Shown here one piece after another: positions 48,361 to 55,776 of a stretch of DNA of 64,000 nucleotides; the first letter of the stretch is position 1; each line of letters opens with the position of its first letter. The notes under the pieces were generated by a model that was given only the letters and a program-made list of their open reading frames with translations, did not search any database and was not told the origin of the DNA. Made by a program: the position numbers and the translations under genes. The DNA comes from Thermomicrobium sp. (lineage in GTDB: Bacteria; Chloroflexota; Chloroflexia; Thermomicrobiales; Thermomicrobiaceae), in NCBI GenBank assembly GCA_026419575.1, contig JANZZC010000133.1:2496-66495 (forward strand), written 5' to 3'.

Positions 48361-49317
48361 ATGCCGAAACGGTATGCGCCGGTGAGCGGGTTGGAGCTCC
48401 CCCGGTTCGCCGGTATTCGGACGTTCGCGCGTCTTCCGTACGTCCGTGATCTCGACGGAGTCGACGTCGCGATCGTCGGCGCGCCGTTCGACACCGGCGT
48501 CACCTACCGGGTCGGGGCCCGGTTCGGTCCGGCGGCCGTACGAGAGATGTCGGCGATGCTGCGGACGTACCACCCGGCGCTCGACGTCGACGTGTACGAA
48601 GTCCTCTCGGTCGTCGACTACGGCGACGTGCCGGTGGTGCCCGGATACATCGAGGACAGCTATGCAGCGATCGAGCGCGGTTTGCGACCGCTGGTGGAAC
48701 GCGGTGTCGTCCCCTTCGTGATCGGGGGCGACCATTCAATCACGCTCGCCGAGCTCCGTGCGGTCGCGGCACGGTACGGTCCGGTCGGCTTCGTGCAGTT
48801 CGACTCCCATACCGATACGTGGGACGAGTACTGGGGCAAGAAGTACACGCACGGTACGCCGTTCCGTCGCGCCGTCGAAGAGGGATTGATCGACACCAAG
48901 CGAGCGATCCAGGTCGGCATGCGGGGGTCGCTCTACGGGCCGGACGACCTGGACCAATCCAGGCAGCTGGGCTTCGAGGTCTGGACCGCCGACGACATGC
49001 GACGGACCGGTCTGGGTGCGGTGATCGAGGCGATCCGTCGCCGGGTCGGTAGCGGCCCGGTCTTCGTCAGCTTCGATATCGATTTCCTGGATCCGGTTTA
49101 CGCTCCCGGAACCGGTACTCCGGAGATCGGCGGTTTCACGACCCGCGAAGCGCAGGAGCTGGTGCGGGGACTCGTCGGCGTGGAGATCGTGGCGGCCGAC
49201 GTGGTCGAGGTGCTTCCTGCCCACGATTCGAGCGGAGTCACGGCGCTCGCTGCGGCGAACATCCTCTTCGAGCTCCTCGCCGTTCTCGCTTTCAATCGGC
49301 GCAGCAGTACCCATTGA
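48361..49317 (+). CDS. agmatinase / guanidino-acid hydrolase (arginase-family ureohydrolase), paralog 1
   Basis: Metal-site motifs GGDHSIT, FDSHTDTW and SFDIDFLDP are all present. 318 aa. Confidence 0.88.
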   Translation: MPKRYAPVSGLELPRFAGIRTFARLPYVRDLDGVDVAIVGAPFDTGVTYRVGARFGPAAVREMSAMLRTYHPALDVDVYEVLSVVDYGDVPVVPGYIEDSYAAIERGLRPLVERGVVPFVIGGDHSITLAELRAVAARYGPVGFVQFDSHTDTWDEYWGKKYTHGTPFRRAVEEGLIDTKRAIQVGMRGSLYGPDDLDQSRQLGFEVWTADDMRRTGLGAVIEAIRRRVGSGPVFVSFDIDFLDPVYAPGTGTPEIGGFTTREAQELVRGLVGVEIVAADVVEVLPAHDSSGVTALAAANILFELLAVLAFNRRSSTH

Positions 49318-49362
49318 CGACGGCGCTGCGCAGGACGAGCGGTTCGCGAGAGGACGGGCGGA

Positions 49363-50340
49363 GTGCACGAGCCGAAGCAGGGGCAACCGACGGTCTGGCG
49401 GCCGCGCTTCAGCGGGCTGCGGACGTTCGCTCGCTTCCCACATACCGTGGAACTCGACGGGGTGGACCTGGCGATCGTCGGCATCCCGTTCGATACCGGC
49501 GTCACCTACCGGCCGGGAGCACGGTTCGGGCCAGCGGCCATTCGGGAGCAGTCCTCGCGCATCGAGGAGTACCATCCCGTGCTCGATCTCGACGTGACGG
49601 AAGTGCTGTCGATCGTCGATTACGGCGACACCCCGGTGGTCCCAATGGAGACGGAGCGGAGCTTCGAGGCGATCGCCCGGACGCTGGAGCCGCTGGTCGC
49701 GCGCGGGATCGTGACGATCGGCCTCGGAGGCGATCACTCCGTGTCGCTGCCGGAGCTCCGGGCCGTCGCCGCCCGCTACGGCCCGCTCGCGCTCGTGCAC
49801 TTCGATGCCCACGTCGATACCTGGGACACGATCTGGGACACGCGCTACAACCATGGGACGCCCTTCCGGCGAGCGGTCGAGGAGGGACTGGTCGATCCGC
49901 AGCGCTCGATCCAGGTCGGGATCCGTGGGTCGCTCGGCGACCGGGGCGAGTTGGAACAATCGCGGGAGCTCGGTTTCGAGGTTTGGACGGCCCGCGAGGT
50001 GCGCTCGGCTGGCCTCGCGGCGGTGTCAGCGGCGATCCGGCAACGGGTCGGCTCGCACCCGGTGTTCCTGAGCTTCGATATCGACTTCCTGGACCCGGCG
50101 TTCGCGCCGGGTACCGGGACGCCGGAAGTGGGTGGCTTCGCGACCTGGGAAGCGCAGGAGTTTCTCTGGAACCTCGTCGGTCTGCGCATCGTGGCCGCCG
50201 ATCTCGTCGAGGTCCTGCCCGATCGGGACCCGGCGGGAGTGACCGCACTCAATGCAGCCAACCTCGTTTTCGACATGATCGCCGTCATCGCTGCTACCAG
50301 GAAGGGGTCGGAGCATGGCGCAACCGAGCGCGCCGAGTGA
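49363..50340 (+). CDS. agmatinase / guanidino-acid hydrolase (arginase-family ureohydrolase), paralog 2
   Basis: GGDHSVS, FDAHVDTW and SFDIDFLDP motifs. It aligns by eye with paralog 1 along its whole length. GTG start with GGAG upstream. Confidence 0.88.
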   Translation: MHEPKQGQPTVWRPRFSGLRTFARFPHTVELDGVDLAIVGIPFDTGVTYRPGARFGPAAIREQSSRIEEYHPVLDLDVTEVLSIVDYGDTPVVPMETERSFEAIARTLEPLVARGIVTIGLGGDHSVSLPELRAVAARYGPLALVHFDAHVDTWDTIWDTRYNHGTPFRRAVEEGLVDPQRSIQVGIRGSLGDRGELEQSRELGFEVWTAREVRSAGLAAVSAAIRQRVGSHPVFLSFDIDFLDPAFAPGTGTPEVGGFATWEAQEFLWNLVGLRIVAADLVEVLPDRDPAGVTALNAANLVFDMIAVIAATRKGSEHGATERAE

Positions 50341-50953
50341 ACACCTGTTGTTCGGGCGGATACCGCGGCGGGCGGCGCAGGTTCGCCCGACGGTACCCAT
50401 CGCGTTCCCTGTGAAGGAAGGACAGCTGCTCCAGATCAGCGACGTTATGGGCAAGCAGGTCGCCGACATGGTCGCGTTCAACCTGCACGACCTCCGGGAG
50501 TATCTCTCGCCTTCGCACACGCGCGCGATCAACAACTCGCTCGTTCTCGTCCAGGGCATGACGCTCTACAGCAATCGCCGGAACCCGATGTTCGTGCTGC
50601 TCGAGGACACCGTGGGGCGGCACGATATCCTCTTCCCGGCCTGTGACCGCCGCGGTTATCTCGACGACTACGGTTTACCGGATCACCCGAACTGCAAGGA
50701 CAACTTCGTCCGCGCGCTCAGCGAATACGGCATAAGCGAGGACGATATTCCCGACCCCGTTCACTGGTTCATGCACGTCGCTCTCCTGGCCAAGGGGCGG
50801 TTCGAGATCCGCGAGCCGCTCTCCGAGCGCAACGATTACGTCCTGCTCCGCGCTCTGATGGACGTCGTCGTCGCGGTCTCCGCCTGCCCGCAGGATCAGA
50901 ACGCCTGCAACGCGTTCAATCCGACCGATATCCTGGTCCGGGTCTACGACTGA
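50315..50953 (+). CDS. DUF1989 (urea-carboxylase-associated) family protein
   Basis: F.VK.GQ.L.I.D..G.QV.D..AFN, H.ILF..C and the Cys-rich tail are typical of DUF1989. It overlaps the 3' end of paralog 2 by 26 nt. Confidence 0.8.
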   Translation: MAQPSAPSEHLLFGRIPRRAAQVRPTVPIAFPVKEGQLLQISDVMGKQVADMVAFNLHDLREYLSPSHTRAINNSLVLVQGMTLYSNRRNPMFVLLEDTVGRHDILFPACDRRGYLDDYGLPDHPNCKDNFVRALSEYGISEDDIPDPVHWFMHVALLAKGRFEIREPLSERNDYVLLRALMDVVVAVSACPQDQNACNAFNPTDILVRVYD

Positions 50954-50975
50954 CTTCGGGAAACCCCGCGCGCGT

Positions 50976-52676
50976 TCACGCGATGAAGTAGCGGAACGTG
51001 AGCGGCAGCTCTTCCGCCGGTGGGATTTCGACCGTGCGACCGTCGATGGCGACCTCGAGCGTGGCTGGATCGACGACGACGCGCGGCGAGGCCGTGTTGT
51101 GCAGCATCGCGGCCTTGAACGTGCGGCGCGTGTTGCGGACGGCGACCGCGCGGCGCTGGAGCCGGAGCCGCTCGAAGAGGCGGTTCTCGGCAGCGACCGG
51201 CGCGACGAAGGCGAGCGAGAGCGCGGCCGGGGCGCGTCCCAGCCCGCCGAACATCGGACGGTAGATCGACGGCTGACTCCAGCGGGTCGAGCCCATACCG
51301 TCGCCGACCGGTGCCCAGGCGACGAAACCACCCTTGATGACGGCGGTCGGCTTGGCGCCGAAGAACGCGGGATGCCAGAGGACGATGTCGGCCAGCTTGC
51401 CCGGCTCCAGACTCCCCACCTCGTGGTCGAGACCGTGCGCGATCGCCGGGTTGATGGTGTACTTCGCCAGATACTGGAGGATGCGCGGGTTGTCGTCCCC
51501 CTGGCCGGTCGCGGGATCGAAACCGCCGCCCCGCACTTCCTTCATCCGGTGCGCGAGCTGCCAGGTGCGCGTGATCACTTCGCCGATCCGTCCCATCCCT
51601 TGCGAATCGGAGGACATGATCGCGATGGCACCGAGATCGTGCAGGACGTCCTCGGCCGCGATCGTGCTCGCTCGCACCCGGTCACGAGCGGCAGCGACGT
51701 CGGTCGGGATGCTCAGGGAAAGGCGATGCACGGCAACGATCATGTCGAACAGTTCCGCGGTGCTGTTGCGCGAGTACGGGATGGTGGGGCTGGTCGACGA
51801 GCCGATGACGTTAGGCTCGGAGACGATCTCCAGTACGTTCGGCGCATGACCGCCACCGGAGCCTTCGACGTGATAGGCGTGGATCGAGCGTCCCGCGATC
51901 GCGGCGATGGTCTCCCGCAGGGAGCCGGCTTCGTTGAGCCCGTCGGTATGGAGCGCGACCTGCACGCCGGCCTGTTCCGCGATCGTCAGGCAGGCATCGA
52001 TGACGGCGGGGCAGGCACCGACATCCTCGTGCACCTTGAAGCCGGCACAACCGGCCTCGAGATGCTCGGCGAGCTGGTCGGTATCCGACGAACCACGCCC
52101 GAGGACTGCGAGGTTCAGGGGGATGCTCTCGAAGGCCTCGAGGAGATGCTGGACGTTCGCGAGCGGGTTGACGCCGAGATCCCAGACGCCGCCCGAGCCT
52201 TGCGCGACGATCGTGGTGATACCGGCGGTGAGCGCAGCTGGAACGACGCTGGTCGAGGACAGGTGCACGTGGGCATCGACCGCCCCCGGCGTCGCGATCA
52301 GGCCTTCGCCGGGAACGATACCGGTGGCGTTGCTGATGAGCACTTCGACGTCGTCCATGACGTCGGGATTCCCAGCGCGACCGATCGCGACGATGCGACC
52401 GTCCTTGATACCGATATTGCTCTTGAAGATGCCGAGGACCGCGTCCATGACGACGACGTTGGTCACGACGAGATCCAGCTTGCTCGGCCCGTGGTCCCGA
52501 CCAGCGAGCATCCCGTCCCTGACCGGGCGAGCGAAGCCGACGAGCGGTTCGAAACCGGGCAACGTGTCGTCGCGTTCGATCCGTGCGAAGAGATTCGTAT
52601 CGGCGAGACGGATCCGGTCGCCAGTGGTGGGACCGTACCAGGACGCGTAGTCACGACGCGCGATGCGCCAGGGCAT
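50976..52676 (-). CDS. ureC: urease subunit alpha
   Basis: Start MPWRIARRDYASWYGPTTGDRIRLADT. Ni-site contexts AVDAHVHL, GFKVHEDVGA (carbamyl-Lys), ALHTDGLNE, HAYHVEGSGGGHAPN and SSDSQGMGRIGEV. Confidence 0.95.
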   Translation of the reverse strand: MPWRIARRDYASWYGPTTGDRIRLADTNLFARIERDDTLPGFEPLVGFARPVRDGMLAGRDHGPSKLDLVVTNVVVMDAVLGIFKSNIGIKDGRIVAIGRAGNPDVMDDVEVLISNATGIVPGEGLIATPGAVDAHVHLSSTSVVPAALTAGITTIVAQGSGGVWDLGVNPLANVQHLLEAFESIPLNLAVLGRGSSDTDQLAEHLEAGCAGFKVHEDVGACPAVIDACLTIAEQAGVQVALHTDGLNEAGSLRETIAAIAGRSIHAYHVEGSGGGHAPNVLEIVSEPNVIGSSTSPTIPYSRNSTAELFDMIVAVHRLSLSIPTDVAAARDRVRASTIAAEDVLHDLGAIAIMSSDSQGMGRIGEVITRTWQLAHRMKEVRGGGFDPATGQGDDNPRILQYLAKYTINPAIAHGLDHEVGSLEPGKLADIVLWHPAFFGAKPTAVIKGGFVAWAPVGDGMGSTRWSQPSIYRPMFGGLGRAPAALSLAFVAPVAAENRLFERLRLQRRAVAVRNTRRTFKAAMLHNTASPRVVVDPATLEVAIDGRTVEIPPAEELPLTFRYFIA

Positions 52677-52687
52677 CGGTCGACTCC

Positions 52688-53077
52688 TCACTCCTCGGGT
52701 CGGTGGCAGAAGCCGCGCGCGACGAGGGCACGCAGCGCTTCCTCGGGATCGACGGCGTCGAGCGCGCCGTCGATGACGCCGTGGAAACCGCGCACGACAC
52801 GTCGTCCGCCGATCGGTACCAGGGGCACCTCGACGGTCGCGCCGGGCTCGATGCGGATCGCCCAACCGACCGGAATGTCCGGGCGCATCCCGAACGCCCT
52901 GCGTCGATCGAAGCAGAGGGCGGGGTTCGCCTCGAAGACGTGGAAGTGAGCGGTGAGGTGCACCGGAACATTCCCACCGTTGGTGATGCGGATCGTCACC
53001 GAGGGGAGACCGGCGTTGACCTCGATGTCACCGTTCCCCGTGAGCACCCCGCCGGGAGGCAATCGCTCGTCGATCAT
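52688..53077 (-). CDS. ureB: urease subunit beta
   Basis: PGG......I..N.G.....I.I.N.G..PV.L..HFHVFE.N..L.FDR is classical UreB. Confidence 0.93.
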   Translation of the reverse strand: MIDERLPPGGVLTGNGDIEVNAGLPSVTIRITNGGNVPVHLTAHFHVFEANPALCFDRRRAFGMRPDIPVGWAIRIEPGATVEVPLVPIGGRRVVRGFHGVIDGALDAVDPEEALRALVARGFCHRPEE

Positions 53078-53376
53078 CGAATCGGCTCCCGAATCGTGAC
53101 CAGGCGCGTTCCGTCCGGGAAGAGCGCATCGATGTAGAGGACCGACAGCATTTCCGGCACTCCCGGTAGCACGTCGTCCCTGGTGAGGAGCGACCGTGCA
53201 TGGGCGACGACTTCCTCGTAGCTGCGTCCTGCCCTGGCTTCCTCGTAGACCTCGTCGCAGATCAAGGCCGCCGCTTCAGCGTAGTTCAGCTTGATGCCGC
53301 GGACGCGGTGACGCCGCGCGAGTTCCGCGAGCGTGAAGACGGTCAGTCGATCGACTTCCTTCGGCGTCAAGTACAT
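53074..53376 (-). CDS. ureA: urease subunit gamma
   Basis: MYLTPKEVDRL..F....LARRH..RG.KLNY.EA.ALI. 100 aa. ATGA overlap with ureB. Confidence 0.95.
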   Translation of the reverse strand: MYLTPKEVDRLTVFTLAELARRHRVRGIKLNYAEAAALICDEVYEEARAGRSYEEVVAHARSLLTRDDVLPGVPEMLSVLYIDALFPDGTRLVTIREPIR

Positions 53377-53744
53377 CGCTCGTCCTGCCCTGACGGAGAC
53401 GCCGGCGCGACCGCATCGTCGCTCGCCGGGACAGCGAGGAGCTCCAGACGCGTCCGATAGGGAATGCGGTACTGGCGCAGGAGATTGGGCACGTTGACGC
53501 TGCGGAAACCCGTCGAGAGACGAGGCCGCTCGTGCGGCGAGATGGCCAATCGGGTCGGCAGGAAGCGACCGAGCCGCCCGCTGCGGATCGCTTCGGCCAG
53601 GAGATCCAGGTCAGCACGGCCCGGGACGTCCTCGATCCAGAGATCGGGAGGGCCGCTGAACGGATCGCGATCGAGCCAGATGTACAGTCGCCGGTCGGTC
53701 ACAGCTGCGTGCTCCCGGCCGCGTTCCCGTACGTGCGAGGTCAC
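53367..53744 (-). CDS. hypothetical 125-aa protein translationally coupled between the HTH gene and ureA
   Basis: GTG 53742-53744 overlaps the HTH stop (GTGA). Its stop overlaps the ureA start by 10 nt. Third positions are G/C-rich with common codons (ctc, ctg, cgc, gac, atc, ttc). No family recognised. Confidence 0.5.
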   Translation of the reverse strand: MTSHVRERGREHAAVTDRRLYIWLDRDPFSGPPDLWIEDVPGRADLDLLAEAIRSGRLGRFLPTRLAISPHERPRLSTGFRSVNVPNLLRQYRIPYRTRLELLAVPASDDAVAPASPSGQDERCT

Positions 53745-53983
53745 GAGGTGAAGGGGATCCAGGCGTCGGCCGCCGGCAAGCGCTTCTCGTCGAGGGAAGC
53801 CGGCTGGAGGCGCAAGAGCGCCTCGATGTCGACCCGGCGGTAGAGCCGTTCCCGACCGATACCGCGACGAAAGCTCCGGATGCGGCCGCGGCTGGCGTAG
53901 GCGTACAAGGTCTCGCGTTTGACACCCAGAAGCGCAGCCGCTTCCTGCGCCGTGAGGTATTCCACACCGTCGATCTCGATCAT
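53741..53983 (-). CDS. MerR/excisionase-type (HTH_17-like) DNA-binding protein
   Basis: 80 aa. YLTAQEAAALLGVKRETLYAYASRGRI is a typical excisionase-family HTH. GGGAG lies 6 nt upstream of the ATG. Confidence 0.7.
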   Translation of the reverse strand: MIEIDGVEYLTAQEAAALLGVKRETLYAYASRGRIRSFRRGIGRERLYRRVDIEALLRLQPASLDEKRLPAADAWIPFTS

Positions 53984-54728
53984 CGTTCGCTCCCGTCACC
54001 CAGCCCGCAGCGCTGCAGTATACCCGTCTCGGATTGCGGCCGTCCACGGGCGATCCCCGGTCTTTCCGGGAATGTCGCGGCTAAGAACGCCGGATCGACT
54101 GCAGGGAGACGGGCCCTCGTAGGAGCGCCGCTCGTGCCGCCGACGTCGCCGGAGTGCTCGGCGCAGCGGTGTTCGCTGCCGGCCGTGATCGTCGCGTGCG
54201 ATCGACGGGCGCGCGGCGCTCGCCGGTGGCCGCCACGGCGGTGAGAAGATCGCCGCGGTCGAGCGAGGGTCTCCGTCGCCCGAACGCGGTCTCTCGGCAC
54301 TGCGAGTCGAGGAGACAGCCTCTGACCGCGACTCCGCAGCCAGGGGGTCGGAGCCGGTGCGCACCAACCGACGCTCGCACCAGCGCGTGGATCAGGTCGA
54401 AAAGAAGGTGACGCACGGCGTTGCACGCGATGCGCCCGGTGATTCCGTAGCCGTGCGTGCGGCGCTGCAGAGCGGGCGCGCGACGCGGCACCGCCCTTCT
54501 TTCACTGCGCCGGCCGAAGCGGGGACGGGCGGCGTGTGCCGGGTCGCGACTGAGCGCGTTCCGCGAGAGCGCCGGAGAGGAACCGTTTCGACCGCGCGCC
54601 AGGGAACCTTCGTTCAGCGATCGACCGCGAGCGGATGGATGCGGATTCGGTGCGGGTGTGCTATCATTTTCTAGTGTGCCGGCACGGGCGATCGTGCCAA
54701 TCTCGGTACCGAAGGGGTGTGAGGCCAG

Positions 54729-54953
54729 GTGGCGAAGTCGGTTCACGTCGAGCTGCGCGAGAACGAGAGCTTCGACGCGCTCCTCAAGCGGTTCACCAAG
54801 GAGCTGCAGAAGGCCGGAGTCCTGCGCGACTACCGCGCGAAGCGGCACTACGTGAGCAAGTCGGAGCAGCGGCGGGCCAAGATCCGCAAGGCGGAGCATC
54901 GCCGGCGCCGCAAGCTCGCGAAGCTCGCGAAGAAGGGCCAGCTCGGGCTCTGA
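54729..54953 (+). CDS. rpsU: 30S ribosomal protein S21
   Basis: VELRENESFDALLKRFTKELQKAGVLRDYRAKRHYVSKSEQRR is canonical bS21. GTG start. Confidence 0.93.
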   Translation: MAKSVHVELRENESFDALLKRFTKELQKAGVLRDYRAKRHYVSKSEQRRAKIRKAEHRRRRKLAKLAKKGQLGL

Positions 54954-54955
54954 CC

Positions 54956-55357
54956 GTGCGTGCAGCGGGCGCCGGCAGGAACGAGTCGGGTCGGTCTTCG
55001 CTCGACCGGTTGGTGAAGCAGACGTGGCTGTTGCCGCTCGCGACAGCCACGTTTCTCGTATTCCTCGGTGGGTCGCTCTGGCTCGTGGCAGGGCTGGGCC
55101 GACCGTTCTGGATCGTTCTCCTGTTGCTGCCCCCGTCGTTCGTCCTTACGACGCTCGCGTTGGCGGTCGCGCTCGCTGACCTGTTCGAACGTCCGTCGCA
55201 CCGCTTCCCGTTCGGTGGTCGGCTCGTCTGGCTGGTGCTGGTCGCCGGCCTCAATGTCCTCGCCTTTTTCCCCTACTGGATCTTCGTCGTGCGCCGCAGT
55301 CGACCGGAGTCCGATCGGACGGATCATTCGCTCGTCAACGAACGCAGCTCCGCTTGA
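54956..55357 (+). CDS. small membrane protein (possibly PLD-N-terminal-domain-like)
   Basis: Three or four hydrophobic helices (WLLPLATATFLVFLGGSLWLVAG, FWIVLLLLPPSFVLTTLALAVAL, LVWLVLVAGLNVLAFFPYWIFVV). The start is uncertain (GTG 54956, or TTG/GTG near 55010). Confidence 0.5.
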   Translation: MRAAGAGRNESGRSSLDRLVKQTWLLPLATATFLVFLGGSLWLVAGLGRPFWIVLLLLPPSFVLTTLALAVALADLFERPSHRFPFGGRLVWLVLVAGLNVLAFFPYWIFVVRRSRPESDRTDHSLVNERSSA

Positions 55358-55767
55358 AGCGACCGGGCGAGGTCCTGTACTTCGTGCGCCGGGGCGCGCG
55401 CGTCGACCGCGTGCGTGAGGCGATCCAGGAGGCTGTCGACGCGTTCCCGCCGCGTTTCGGGCACCGCCTGCCGGACTCGTTCCCACTGCGTCCGCACGCG
55501 CTCCAGGGCGGTCCGGGCTGCCGCATATTCCTCTGGGCGCAGCACGGTACCGTCGCGGACCGTTTCGTCGGTGTAGAGGGAGATCGCCAGGACGTCCAGC
55601 TCGGCGACCATCTGCGGTACGGCGCTCGACACGTCAGCGGAGGCCGGAGCCGGCGAGCGAGTTCGGAGCAAGGCTGCGGCGACGAGCGTGACCAGTACGA
55701 TCGTGGCCGCGACGACAGCAGCGGGAAGCCACGCGGGACGGCGCCGGTGCGGTCGAACGACAGCCAC
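55324..55767 (-). CDS. signal-anchored helical protein, last gene of the FTR1 operon
   Basis: N-terminal anchor WLPAAVVAATIVLVTLVAAALL. Its C-terminal helix motif AVDARAPAHEVQDLARSLQAEL resembles motifs in the two upstream iron-uptake proteins. Confidence 0.55.
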   Translation of the reverse strand: MAVVRPHRRRPAWLPAAVVAATIVLVTLVAAALLRTRSPAPASADVSSAVPQMVAELDVLAISLYTDETVRDGTVLRPEEYAAARTALERVRTQWERVRQAVPETRRERVDSLLDRLTHAVDARAPAHEVQDLARSLQAELRSLTSE

Positions 55768-55776
55768 GGTCTCGCC

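Noticed and set aside
53702-53743. Whether the TGA ending the HTH gene (53741-53743, minus strand) could also be a Sec codon.
   Set aside because: Reading through gives 13 codons (PRTYGNAAGSTQL) and then another TGA. There is no redox motif context. The +1 frame instead opens a coupled GTG-initiated ORF, so this is an ordinary stop.
53745-54047. The upstream two-thirds of the 226-aa ORF 53367-54047(-).
   Set aside because: It overlaps the HTH gene in another frame and its translation is non-protein-like (GANDDRDRRCGIPHGAGSGCASGC...). Only the segment from the GTG at 53744 was accepted.
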